Origin: Callorhinchus milii
Taxonomy: Eukaryota
NCBI RefSeq assembly: GCF_018977255.1
Contig: NW_024704742.1
Coordinates: 61,134,001 to 61,198,000, forward strand
DNA: 64,000 nt
Direction: 5' to 3'
The stretch's first letter is position 1. Every line of letters starts with the position of its first letter. Below the pieces are notes generated by a model. That model had not been told where the DNA came from and ran no database searches. It saw only the letters and a list, made by a program, of their open reading frames with translations. Shown here in pieces: positions 1-11,590 of the stretch. The position numbers and the translations under genes were made by a program.

Positions 1-200
1 TGTGATATGTTGGCATCTTGTCTTTCAAACCCTCATCCTGAACCAAAGCTACTTCTCCACCTTCAGTATATCACCCAGCTTCATTCTCACTACACCTTTA
101 ATGAAACCAAAATCCTCCTTCAAGTATTTGTGGCCTCCTGACTGGAGATGCAAACGTTTTATTTGCCGACCTCCTAAGCTTGATCCTCAACAAGCTCTTA
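1..200 (+). mobile_element. Highly decayed L2 LINE ORF2 C-terminal fragment
   Basis: Frameshifted translation resembles the L2 segment LRNIARLR...[21 protein letters not shown]...NKL. Confidence 0.45.
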
Positions 201-584
201 ACTCTTCCTCAATGGAAGTAATGTATTTCTACAGTGATACTATCCAGGAGATTTATCCATCTGCAGGGTATTGTCTGAATATTTCCAAAAGGACTCCACG
301 TCTTTTGGAAAGTATTAGGCAATGTTTCAGAAAGGCTTAAAGTTTGAGCGTTGGTTGTTGATCCATAATATTTTCAAGAAAATGTACTGTAGGAAACCCA
401 GTTAATCTTAGTTAAAATGCAGTCCTAGATTTAGTGTCATATAACAGAGTCGCTTCTGTTTTGTAGACAGTTTGCACTTCACTGCATTGAGATGGGGGGT
501 CAATGATCACTCTCAATAAACCTGTCTGTAAATTGACTGACTGACTTTCAATAATGGAACAAAGTTAGTCTTAATAAACCGTTA

Positions 585-780
585 GTTATCCTGGATGAGT
601 TGTAACTTCTTACTGCTAAATGTCATCAAGACTGATGCTCTTCTGCATGGCTTCTGTCAGCTCCTTGTCATCTCAAATGCTGGCTGCATTGATCTGCTTG
701 GATGCTCACTACACCTCATGGAGCCGGTGTGGAATCTTGGTGTTTTGTTTGACCCCCATCTGTTTTTCGAACCTTGTTAA
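585..780 (+). mobile_element. L2 LINE RT fragment
   Basis: WMSCNFLLLNVIKTDALL...VWNLGVLFDPHLFFEP matches L2 WMSxNFLQLNxxKTE...VRNLGVxFD. Confidence 0.75.
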
Positions 781-1624
781 TAAGTAGTATCTGATTGTAC
801 ATAAGTAAACTGTTGTGCAAGGAAAAACAGCCACTCTGGTTTGGAGCTGTTTCCTGGCTCTTTGAAAATGCCTGAAATGTCAGATTTGTTTAAATTCCTA
901 AATTGTATCCCATTTTGTCCTTGATTTGTGTGATCTTCTGCACTCGCACATTTTCTGTGTAAGATGTTTTAATTGTACTCTTAAAACTACCCAACAAAAT
1001 AAGTAAACAAAGATCAGGATATCAATTTGTGTAAAGTCCATGCCAATAGTTTTTCTTTATAATGAATGCCAATGAATTTTAAAAAAATATTAATACATAG
1101 ACCTCCACTGTCTACTCATGTGCAGTACCTCCGACTGAAATCTGCTATTTAGCTTCTAGATATGAAACCAAAATGAACTCGGTAATGAAGTTATTGGAAT
1201 TTCTCCTTTTATTTTGACTTTAATTTAGCTCTATTCATTTTGATGAACTTTCTCCTTCTTTTTCTACTTGGTGTCTGTTACCTTCATACTTAAACACTGT
1301 TGTTTGCCTGGTTTAGCCATGAAGTGGATATGTTATGTGTAGCATTAATTTTGCCTGAAGGGGATTATCTTCCTGCAACAACCCACTGACCTAACGTACT
1401 GCATGCTCTTGTAGCTTTAAACACATTTCATGATTTGAAATAGACTACAAGGTTCACCTCCAGAATGACTAAGACTGAAAAGCATATGTTAGGCATTTCA
1501 TTTAGATTGGATTGTTATGTTGTCAGATCTTAATCTAGTAGAAATTGTGAAATTAACTGGAACAATCTCACAAAATCTCTAGCTCTGACAAAGTAATAAA
1601 TAATCCTTGCATAAGACCTTGCAT

Positions 1625-2040
1625 AGATCTTATGAGCAGGGACTGGAGGAACTGGAACTTATTCCATTGGAACAGAGAAGGCTGAGGGCCAAACTGATAG
1701 ATATCTTCAAAATTATGACGGGTTTTTATAGGCAATAGGTAGAAATTATTTCAACTGGTCAGTAAGTTTGACTAGAGGTCATGAATTTAAACAAACAAGC
1801 AAATGGGGAGGTTAGAAGAATTCTATTCATGCAGAATAGTTAGAATGTGGAATATCCCATGGGAGCGATAATTGAGGCAGAATCCATATTAGCTTTCAAA
1901 AGGGGACAAAATAAATACTAAGAAGTAGTAGGCTAAACAGCAAGTAAATAGGACTGAAAGAATTGCTCTTCAAAGAGCCAGCACAGACACAATGGGCCAA
2001 ATGGGCTGCCTTCTGTGCTGTTAATTTCGATGGTTCTATT
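1625..2040 (+). mobile_element. CR1 LINE 3' end
   Basis: LELIPLEQRRLRAKLIDIFKIM (CR1 LxLxSLExRRLRGDLIxxxKI) and the CR1-type tail GCACAGACACAATGGGCCAAATGG...CTTCTGTGCTG...TTCTAT. Confidence 0.8.
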
Positions 2041-2041
2041 T

Positions 2042-2275
2042 TCATATAACACCTTTCATATTAGTCTCAAAATGCTTCACAGCATTCACTGTAAAGTGCA
2101 GTGATTTGTATTTTTTATACAGGTCAAGTGTATCATTCACTTCATGGCTGTTTACTGTATGCAAATTGGCTGCTGTGTTTGCCTATAAAATAGTACTCAT
2201 TTTACAGTAAATCCTGTGAAGCGCTTTGAGACTTTGACCTAAGATTACTGTACCAAAAGTAAGGATTATTATTTA
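2042..2275. mobile_element. Two decayed SINE 3' halves in opposite orientation (- then +)
   Basis: 2042-2120 is the reverse complement of the SINE tail; 2135-2275 has GCAAATTGGCTGCTGTGTTT...TGTGAAGCGCTTTGAGAC...GGATTATTATT. Confidence 0.65.
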
Positions 2276-3651
2276 AATTGATAATTGGAGTTGGCTATGG
2301 CGACTCTTCTACCCTTTTTCTTTACCCAGTTGGTGTACTAGATGCATGTTTTCTATCACTTTAATTTTTGCGCTAAGTGCAACCTGTTTTACATTTAAAT
2401 TTAATTCCCCAAATTCTGACCTGTGTGAATGGTTCCTCTGAACGCATGAGTTTAGTAGCCATATTATTCACAAACTACAATGCCTGTATTTTCTCACTGT
2501 TACATTTGCATTATCTAAACAGTCCTAAAATTTGATTTTGTTTTTCCTTAGCTTGCAGTGCTGTGCACTCGTATATCTAAATAATGCTTGAAGCACACAG
2601 TTAGTTGTTCAGTGGACGTTGAGAATAAATGGAGGTTTCGCTCCCTGTGCTTATTCCAAATTGTGTTCACGTAACTATCTCTTATCTCCTCAGCTGGCTG
2701 AAATTTAAAATTGCTAATTTATTTCCACTCTGCAATTTCATTCAAAACCAGGTACAAGCTTCCACAAGTGATTCAAGTGTACTATCACTCAACTTACATA
2801 TTGTATTTCCCAAAGCTACTGCTGTATTCTGGTAGAATTTCTGCAGTGTTCCGAAACCTGTGCGTGTTTAGTGGAAGTGTGATCTAAGTTAATTTAGGGT
2901 GTTTAAATTGTGTTTCTATATATGTTTATATATACGATGGTGTAATTGGAGGGGAAGGGCTGTGCATTAACAAATGCTGCATGAAGATGATTTCCCTTCT
3001 GACCTGGCTGGCAGTGGGCTTCTTATTTAAATTCAGTCCTGACAGAACTGATGATGCTCAATTTATAGAGCCTTGTCAGCTTGTCTGGATATCCAGATTA
3101 CTTGACATTAATGTTGGATATCAGATGGCAAACAGATGAATGTAAAAGCTGAGTTTATCTGTCTTTTTTTAAAAGCGACACACACTCTGGGTATCTGTGA
3201 GTGAGAATGATCAGTAGAAATACAGGCAGTCGGACGTTTCCACTCTGGGGAGAGGGGGATATGGACTGGTGGTCTTTTCTCATGTTAATAGTCCACCCCT
3301 TCAGAAATGTGCAGGTCTAAAAGCTTCCTCTCAATCTAAAGCACCAGATTCTGCCCAAAACAATATTTTAATTCCTCTTATCAGAAGCAAATCAGTTTGA
3401 AGAGAGCATTTGGGTCATATAGGAAGGCACGACTGAAATCTGTTCCCCGCGTCCAGCAGGCTAGACAAGAATACTTGCTTACAGTGATAAACAATGGGCA
3501 GCATTCAGAAAAAAAATTGATAATCTTCACGGAAGAGTAATTTGAATGAAATTACACTTGACAAGCAATCTCAAAGCAAACAAGGGGAGTGAGCGAGTAC
3601 GAGCCAAGCTCTGAGGACTTGCCCAAGCTACTGCTTGAAGATCCAGAGGAA

Positions 3652-3681
3652 ATTTTTTTTCTCTCTCTCTCTCTCTCTCAG
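3652..3681 (+). promoter_or_regulatory. Poly-T + (CT)n tract ending in CAG: candidate 3' splice site / 5'UTR microsatellite upstream of the GPM6A ATG
   Basis: ATTTTTTTT(CT)9CAG|CTCCTC; the AG ends at 3681, 57 nt before the ATG, with no ATG in between. Confidence 0.5.
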
Positions 3682-3738
3682 CTCCTCTAATAGAAGCTTT
3701 TGTTTAATTCTGTGTAGCATTTAGGACTGACAGGAGCA

Positions 3739-3775
3739 ATGGAAGAGAATATGGAAGAGGGGCAAACACAGAAAG
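3739..3775 (+). CDS. GPM6A: First coding exon of neuronal membrane glycoprotein M6-a (MEENMEEGQTQK + first base of Gly codon)
   Basis: ATG GAA GAG AAT ATG GAA GAG GGG CAA ACA CAG AAA G|GTATTG translates to the GPM6A N-terminus I recall (MEENMEEGQTQKG-CFECC...). Strong Kozak context (GCAATGG), in-frame upstream TAG at 3715-3717, phase-1 GT donor at 3776. Confidence 0.93.
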
Positions 3776-3963
3776 GTATTGTTTCGTTCAGAAAAATAAA
3801 TAAAATTAAAAGCATGTTCACTTTTGTGTTCCAGTTCACCGTTGGCTCAGGTGGATAGCAAAAGGGCAAGTAAATTAGCCCACAGTAGTTGGATGTTGTG
3901 ATTTAGCTCATCTTCTGTGCCTTTGGTTTCATTGTAAACAATGCTTATGTCTATACATTACTT

Positions 3964-3984
3964 TGTGTGTGTGTGCGTGTGTGT
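3964..3984. repeat. (TG)n microsatellite
   Basis: tgtgtgtgtgtgcgtgtgtgt. Confidence 0.8.
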
Positions 3985-6096
3985 TTTGCATCTATTTATG
4001 CAGATTTTTGGCTGCAGGAATTCAGACTTGGAAAATAATGCAGTATTGTTTGAAGGACTTGCATTGAGTGTATCTTACTTGAGCTATCCAGGAGAATTGT
4101 CATTGTTAGCTCTCATTTGATTCATTTGTTTTACACTCTTGTCAGGTGATGAGTGTCTCCACTCAAATGAAAATTAATTGCTATTGTCTTATTTGTTTGA
4201 AGTGATGGGGAGAAATCCGCAGACCTGGCTGCATATAGATTTTTTGATACAGTAAAATGTCCTTTTTTTTTATCTCAGGGATTCTTTTTCTGTAACTGTT
4301 TAAGAATATTGAATGCAATTTGATTTGTAAGAAAAAATTATTTAAAAGCCGAGACTTTTTAAAAAATATATATAAAGTGTTCTGCTGTAGAAGCAGTTAT
4401 TTATGAGTATATATTGAAAATGACCTGTAGCCTGGGCAATGTTAACAGCTCATTATATTGTTGAATGCTGATAATCAATTAGTATCTGGCTGCCCAGTTT
4501 TGCACTGAGATGCTTTCTGTGCCCTCAACAAATAAGTAGATGTAGGGCCCTTGGACTAAACTTGGCACAAGACTTCTGTCCTCCTAATTGCTTATTTGCC
4601 TTGGGGGTGAGAGCCTGGCTGTGTGCTGTGTTACGTTCAGTGTAAGCCTCATACAATGTGTTGAAATGAAAATTGCAAGAAGAGTGGAAGCAGCAAATGT
4701 TCCTCCTCACAACAAAAGCTGCCATTTTGAGCTGTCGAACTGTTGTTCGATCTAAATGTTACAGTTGCTTAATTTTTTTTAACAGTGTAAATGGACTTTG
4801 CTTCATGGGATGCTCACTGTTCATTTTCCGATTGCATTTTCTGATCACAAATCATTTATCCACATGCTGCCAGCGAATGCCATGCTTGCTCATTAGAAGT
4901 GACCCGTAAAAAGAATAGGCTGGATGGAAAAGCATTTATTATCTTGACTTATGCTGCTGTCTGCATCAACAGTAAATTAAAATGCAGCTGTCAGCTCAGC
5001 ATATGTATGTCTAAGTGAGTTCATCTGGTATATCATGGGGTCTAACTGGGAGAAATGTGTGCATTGTTTTATGGTCAAAGGGTATTTGTAGTTATTTAAA
5101 TGGAAAAAAACATTGTAAGGCCGTGGTGAGATTAATGAGGGGTGTGGGTGTGTGTGTGTGTGCGGGGGTGGGGGAGTGGGGGAGCTGAGATTTATCACCA
5201 GCTGTCATGAATAAAGAGTAAAACCAGGGCTTAAAACCACTGTCTTTAGGCGGCATTATTTGGAGAAGAATAAGGGTTCAAATCTGTCACTGAACAATAA
5301 TTTCTGGAATAAGGAATTAAGCTTCAGCCATTAGCATTTAATTTCCATATTCCCTTAAATCTTTATGCCTAAATGGAGAGTGCATAAACTGAACGGTCAT
5401 ATCCATTGAAGGGCTGTTCCAGACTTTGACACATTAATACTGTAATTAGATTTCTGTGGTGGTGCTTTAAATCCATTACAACAGCTGGTCTAGTGGACTT
5501 GGATAAATATTACGTCTAGCCTTATTTATTTCCTGCAGCCTGCAAAGGTTAAATTTTTTTTTGATTATTGTGCAAGCTGAGTGTTTTTATTTGCAACAAT
5601 TAACAAGTGCTAACTGTGGATAGTTTGAAGAATTCTCACTTGGGGTGGCATTGCGGGCAATGCAGGTTTGATTCCTTCACTGCATTGAGATGCTGACATT
5701 AGCCCTCCTCTGTGAGCAGGCATCTGGGCATTTTTGACAGCAAAGAGAAAATCCAAGTAACCGTCACTATTACACATCCTGTAGCAGCCTCCTGAAGGAT
5801 ATTAATAGAGGCTGAGGCGGGCTTCCTGTTCTCTCTCTACTAAAGACTGTCCATGGACCAGCGAGATGGATGTTCAGTGGGTGGGAGGAGGTGGAATTTC
5901 AAATACCATACTTTGGTTTTTTGAAAAAAAAACCACTTAATTTTAATTTTAGATGGAGTAAATATGCCCCTTCCTCTGTAACTCTGCAGTTTGCCAATAC
6001 AAAGCATTGTGATAAATTTCACAGTATGTGTTTAATTAAGACTGCCTTCTTTGTCAGGGCTTTGGTTGGCTACACCTCCCTCTTGTTGATCGAGTT

Positions 6097-6333
6097 AGGC
6101 TTGGGACACTTTCTGATGTGAAAGACACAATACAAATGTAATTTTGTTGGTGTTCTGGTCAACAATGTGTTGGGTTGTGACAAGACGTGTACAGGTACAT
6201 CCACTGAGAACCAGTTCAACCGCAAGAAAATGCAGCTCGCCTAATCTTTTTTTTCTCTGCTCATCATTAATGGAGGATACCTTTAGTCCTCCTGACGTGA
6301 AAGGCGCTACACAAATGTAATTTGTTGTTGTTG
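6097..6333 (+). mobile_element. Two tail-only L2 remnants (6097-6155 and 6280-6333)
   Basis: ...CCTCCTGACGTGAAAGGCGCTACACAAATGTAATTTGTTGTTGTTG, the same L2 3' terminus seen at 26118-26189 and 48762-48833. Confidence 0.65.
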
Positions 6334-6352
6334 ACACTATATTCATTACATC

Positions 6353-6945
6353 GAGGCTTGATTATATAAAATCCTTGCTTGTTGGCCTCCCCAGATCCTC
6401 TCTCCATAGGCTGCAGATCATTCAGAACTCTGCAGCCCGTGTCCTCCCGCACCAGGCTCTGTGTCAATATCACCCCCATCCTCACCCGACTCCACTGGCT
6501 TCCCATCACACAGAGGATACAGTTCAAGATCCTAGTTCTCACCTTCAAAGCCCTCCATGGTCTTGCTCCCCCCCTACCTTTGGGACCTCCTAACCCCCTA
6601 CCATCCCACCCGCTCCCTCCGCTCAGTGTGCTTTGGCCTGCTTCACGTCCCCACCTTGCCTACCCCACCATTGGCGGGCAGGCCTCCTGCCACTCTGCCC
6701 CCACCCTCTGGAACTCCATCCTGCAGTCCCTCCACCTCGCCCTCTCCCTGGCCTCCTTCAAAACCTGTCTCAAGACCCTCCTCTTCGACCATGCCTTCGA
6801 TCACCCTGAATCCCCTTCATGCCCTCCACCCTCCCCAACCCCGATCCCCAGCTCGGGTCCAAAAATCTGACTGTTTAGCGCCTTGAGACGCCCTCCCAAC
6901 AAGAAAGGCACTAGACAAATGTAATGTTGTTTTTCTTGTTATTAT
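6353..6945 (+). mobile_element. 5'-truncated L2 LINE (family A) with 13-bp TSD
   Basis: SRLDY..LVGLP..LHRLQIIQNSAARVL / ITPILTRLHWLPITQRIQFKILVLTFKALHGLAP / APTLWNS / FKTCLKTLLF, hairpin tail; TATTCATTACATC at 6340-6352 and 6946-6958. Confidence 0.92.
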
Positions 6946-7188
6946 TATTCATTACATCAACCTCTAAGATGGCAAGTTATGTGGACCCACCAGGGTTAAA
7001 TATCAAAGTCGTGGATTTACATAACTGACTGGGTTACCTGGAATGATTAAATTAGGTACAATTGTATGTACCAACAGGAAACGGTTTGGGGCAGTAGTAA
7101 AATCATAGAATAGAATATGAAGTTCTGTGATTTAGAATGAGGGTGTTGTGCCATGAAATGGTAATAATGTTGTATTTTGCCCAAGATA

Positions 7189-8066
7189 TTTCTTATTGGA
7201 TCCAAGAAATTGTTTGGCACATCTCCACAAGGAGAGAAACTGCTGTGTTGGTATGGTTTGCACTCTCTATCTTGCCTCCTTTAAGGCCTATCTCAAGACC
7301 ACACCTCCTACCACCCTCCTTATTCAGATAAAATGAACTTAATTTATCTTAATTGGGAAATAAACTAAACTTGATTCGTATTTTTCCCTCCCTCAATGGA
7401 AATGGATGTAGTTCAAGTTAATATTTAAACGTGCACTATGTCAGCCAAATTGTAAGAATTTCAACTGAGTAAAATAGACTCGCATCCCTTGGGAATATTT
7501 ACAGAATGTTAATTAAAGTGTAGAAGCAGATAGACCAGCCCACACAAAATCTGGTTGCGGTGCATTGCAACTGTCACTGCAAGAAATGTTGCCTGGGAAA
7601 TGAGAATGGGCTGTTGGTGGATGAGAATGTATATATTTGCAATTTTAGCTCGTCATTACACTACCTGAGGTTGTCATGGCAACAGGCAATGGTTGTTTGG
7701 AAATATTTGAAATTCTACAATATATTAAAAACTAACATTTTATATACATTTTCTCGTTGGGTGGACATCCCACTGTGCTTAACAATCCTGGTTTGGCATT
7801 CAAGCTGGGGTGGGAACTGAGGTGGGTAGGGCGGGGGAAGATGACTGAAAGCATGGTCAAAGAGGTAGGGCTTGAGACTGACTTTGAACGAGGGAGGGAA
7901 TAAGTTGAAGTTTTTTCTTATTGGATCCAAGCAATTGTTTGGCACATTTCCGCAAGAAAAGAAACTGTTGTTTTGGTATGGTTTGTACTCCCTTCCTTGC
8001 CTCCTTCAAGGCCTATCTCAAGACCGTCCTCTTCGACCATGCCTTCAGCCAACCTCCTACCCCTCT
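7189..8066 (+). repeat. Pair of ~110-150 bp diverged direct repeats (7189-7320, 7914-8066), L2-derived, flanking a minus-strand L2 3' fragment (~7740-7900)
   Basis: Both start TTTCTTATTGGATCCAAG.AATTGTTTGGCACAT and run into CTTGCCTCCTT.AAGGCCTATCTCAAGACC. Confidence 0.75.
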
Positions 8067-8104
8067 TGATCCCTCTTGATCCAAACCTCCATCTCAGACC
8101 CTGG

Positions 8105-8910
8105 AATGGACTTCCAGAAAGTTGGGACAGATAGGTGAAAAGCCTGCCTGCTGATGGTGGGGTGGGTTTAGGTTGAGAGACACAAAGCGAGACAGTGCTC
8201 GCTGAGCGAAGGGTGTGATCGGGTCAGTAGGGTTTGAGGAGGTCACAGAGGTAGGCTTGGAGGGATTTAAAGGTGAGAAAGAAGATCTTGAACTTGAGAG
8301 CAAATGGAGCTAATGAGGAACAGAGTGATGGGCTCATTATGATAAATGCCTGGAGGAAGGTCTTCGCAGCCCAAAGCTTTTAAAAACACAAACCCCAAAG
8401 AACAGTGAAAATTGCATAGAATTATGTACAATGTTACAGCATACAAACAGGCCATTCACTCTGGTGATTATACTTCACATACTACTCCACCTCTCTTATA
8501 CCTCTCCATTCATTTCTCTCTAGTGAATGCAACATGGTTCCAATTTCAAGATCCTCACACTGACATACAAATTGTTTCATGCCCTAGCACCTTCCTACCT
8601 ATCCAACTTGCAGACCCTACTCCTCTACCCATCCTATTCGCTTGTCTGGCTCAGCCTTCTTCGTTCCCTCGACCACTCCGCTCTGCCATCGATGGAAATG
8701 TCTTTAGCCAGTATTCCTTGAACCTCTGCTTTGCCCTCTCTTTTCCCATCATTAGATTGCACCTGAAGACTTTCCTCTTTGTGCCTACAGTTACTTGCCC
8801 TTTCTTCCCAGCTCAGCACCAATCTATGACATTTTATATTTTGTGGGAGAAACGCAGTAGCCAATTGTGCACAGCAGTGTCCCACAAACAGTCATGGATT
8901 GAGTGACAAA
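8105..8910. mobile_element. Cluster of decayed L2 3' fragments (- 8105-8370; + 8490-8820) and a SINE fragment (- 8830-8910)
   Basis: FKILTLTYKLFHALAPSYLSNL on +; the L2 3' region recognisable on -; AGCCAATTGTGCACAGCAGTGTCCCACAAACAGTC is the reverse-complement SINE core. Confidence 0.65.
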
Positions 8911-9084
8911 TTATTATTTGCAAGTTGTTGTTCCTCTTAAATATGTTGATGCTTCCTGATTAACTGGCTTTTGGCAGGGAGTTCCACCTTCTCACCACCC
9001 TCTGCGTAAAGAAGTTCCTCTTAAATGTTTTGTTTAAATCTACAACTTGATATTTTGTATTTGCACATCCTTGTTTTGGATTCA

Positions 9085-9600
9085 CCATAGACATTTACAG
9101 CACAGAAGGAGGCCATTCAGCCCATCAAGTCCTCCCTGCTGCTCAGAGCAAGTGTTCATTGAATCCCAGTGCCCTGTTGTATCTCCATACCCCTTCAAAT
9201 CTTTATACGCTTTATACACGCCTAATAATAATCCCTCCAAAAAACAAAACAATAATAAATTGGTCATTTTCAATCCTGTTTGTGGGACACTGCTGTGTGC
9301 AATTGGCTGCCGCGTTTCGCCCACAAATATACAGTCAATTCACTTTACAGTCTATTCTGTGAAGAGCTTTGAGACGTTGAGAAGACGTGAAAAAACGTTA
9401 TATCAAATGCAAGGATTATTATTATTACACTTGTTTACTTCCATCTTGAAACCCATAATGGACTCTGCCACTACCAACTTTCTCAGCAGGGCAATCCATA
9501 TCCCAAACAACTCTGAGTGAAACAAATTCTCCAAAGCTCTCCTTTTGCTCTTTTTGCAGTATTTCATGTCCCCTAGTCAGTGATTTCCCCTACAAGTGGC
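9085..9600 (-). mobile_element. CR1 3' end interrupted by a SINE
   Basis: CATAGACATTTACAGCACAGAAGGAGGCCATTCAGCCCATC is the reverse complement of the CR1 tail; CR1 sequence resumes after ~9450. Confidence 0.7.
9216..9428 (+). mobile_element. tRNA-Ala SINE, short variant, head missing
   Basis: ACACGCCTAATAATAATCCCTCC...TGTGGGACACTGCTGTGTGCAATTGGCTGCCGCG...AAATGCAAGGATTATTATT. Confidence 0.9.
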
Positions 9601-10189
9601 AATAGCATAATAATATCTATTGTTGCATAAAATACATGTATTTTCTAAATATTACAAGTCTTGTAAAGTGTTCTTGGACTATACTCTATTAAAGAAAGGT
9701 TTCCCAAATGAACTTACCATGGTAACTGTTTTATGCAGTTGTTGATGATGCAGATTTGGATTGGCTTCTCTCTTTCAGTGCCAAAGTTTTAATTCTTCAC
9801 AAAGAAGAAATCCAGCCGATTATTTACCCCCGATAATCACTTTCCTTTAAAAGAGGAGCACATTTAGATTCCACTGTTCAGTGCTATTGCTGGAAGAGTT
9901 GGGTGTTTATTTTAACTGTGTTAGGGCATCATGCACAAATTATGTAAGTGTAATTTTTGCAACAAATGTTCTGATTATGTTGTAACTGGCCTTTGAAGCC
10001 ATGACAAGGATGTACACAATACAATGGAGATGATTCACCTTCAGCTTAAATTATTTCTTTGACTTTTTTGGTTTTTTAAAAAAAAGCATTTTTCTTTTTT
10101 GAAATTTTCCCATCCTTGCATAATTTTTAAAACAGTTTTTATTCCCTGTTAGATTTTTCCATTATCGAACGCTATTTTCATGTCACAAT

Positions 10190-10680
10190 GGAAATCAAAT
10201 ACGTTTTGCCTACAAATACACAGTCACTATACTTGACGGTCAGTGAAGCTCTTTGAGATGTCCTCCTGATATAAAAGGTGCTATACCAAGTGCAAGAATT
10301 ATTTAATTACAATATGAGCCCAAATCTCAATGATGTCACTGTCTTATTAACTGCAGGAGCTGCACAACAACAACAACTTGCATTTATATAGCGCCCCTTG
10401 CGCAGTGCTTCGTCCCAGAACACAAAATAATCGATTGTTTGTTTCCCGTTTTCTTCCTCTTTCCCCCTAAAAAAACAATTTTATTTTAGCTCTGACAGTG
10501 GAAACAGTCTTTGCAGACTCAACATCCAAAACTTGCATTTATATAGTGTCTTCATGCAGGGTAGTGTCTCAAAGATCTTAATAATGGCATAGTTTGACAC
10601 TGAGCCAGAGAAAAAGGGGAAGTGACTATAGGCATGGTCGGAGAGGAAAGTCTTCAGGTGAGATCTGAAGATGGGCAAAG
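10190..10680. mobile_element. SINE tail (+, 10190-10305) and L2 3' ends (-, 10365-10420 and 10527-10680)
   Basis: AACAACAACTTGCATTTATATAGCGCCCC tail; FRSHLKTFLSDHAY in ORF 10481..10726(-). Confidence 0.65.
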
Positions 10681-10871
10681 CCCCCTTTTCTGTCCTGATA
10701 TCTAAACAAGCCTGAAATTCGTACATTAGTACGAACTAGAAGACATTCAGAGGTTAGCATAGTGGTAATGACCAATTAATCCTGTAGTTATAATATTGTA
10801 GAACATTTTAAGCAATCTATGTTCCTATTGTTTTGGTTTCCCTAGAAATGTGAGCAGACGCAAAAACCAAC

Positions 10872-11590
10872 CTAGTATCCTTCCATCACAGCATCAAGCT
10901 GCTTTTTTAATGAGTCCAGTGTTTTGGCCACAACCACTTTTCCTGGCAACCTGTTCCAATTCATTGTTACTCTCTGGGTAAAGGAAGATTTCCTGGTATC
11001 TGTTCTGAAATTGCCTTTTGCAACTCTAAACCGATGTCCTCTTGTTCTATCGCCTTGGTGCAACCTGAAGTATTGTTCTGGGTTTAATAATAATAATAAT
11101 AATCCTTGCATTTGATATAGCGCTTTTCACGTCGGGAGGACGTCCCAAAGCGCTTCACAGAACACACCGTAAAGTGAATTGACTGTATATTTGTGGGCGA
11201 ACGCGGCAGCCAATTGCGCACAGCAATGTCCCACAAACAGTCGTAGATTGAAAATGACCAATTTATTATTGTTTTTTTTGGTTTTGGAGGGATTATTATT
11301 AGGTGTATGGAGTAAGGAAACTTGCCCAAGGTTTCGCCCTGCCTGGAATTGAACTCAGGTCTCTCACTTGCAAAGCGAGTGCTCTAACCACTGAGCTGTT
11401 CTTGCAATCCCATGTAAAGAGTCTTAGCTTACATAATATCTTACCTTGTAGCTCATATACCCAATACTAGGGATCATCTTTTGCACTGCTGTTAGGGTCG
11501 GGGCAGCATTTATTGATAGCATCCAGCACTCTATGTAATACTCCTGAAGTGGTGTGACAGGAGGACTATACTATTTCAGCATAACCTCTG
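10872..11590 (-). mobile_element. CR1 LINE 3' portion split by a SINE insertion
   Basis: YFRLHQGDRTRGHRFRVAKGNFRTDTRKSSFTQRVTMNWNRLP (CR1 ORF2 C-terminus); decayed continuation at ~11400-11590. Confidence 0.8.
11085..11397 (-). mobile_element. Young tRNA-Ala-derived SINE (short variant)
   Basis: Near-identical reverse complement of 13052-13365, with most of the A box, the B box and an (ATT)n tail. Confidence 0.95.

Noticed and set aside
5138..5186. G-run/(TG)n tract with G-quadruplex potential (also 16303-16470)
   Set aside because: Common low-complexity sequence; no independent evidence of function.
5847..5866. CTGTCCATGG, half of a REST/RE1 site (also TTCAGCATCACGG at ~16791)
   Set aside because: Only half-sites; the other half does not match the RE1 consensus.
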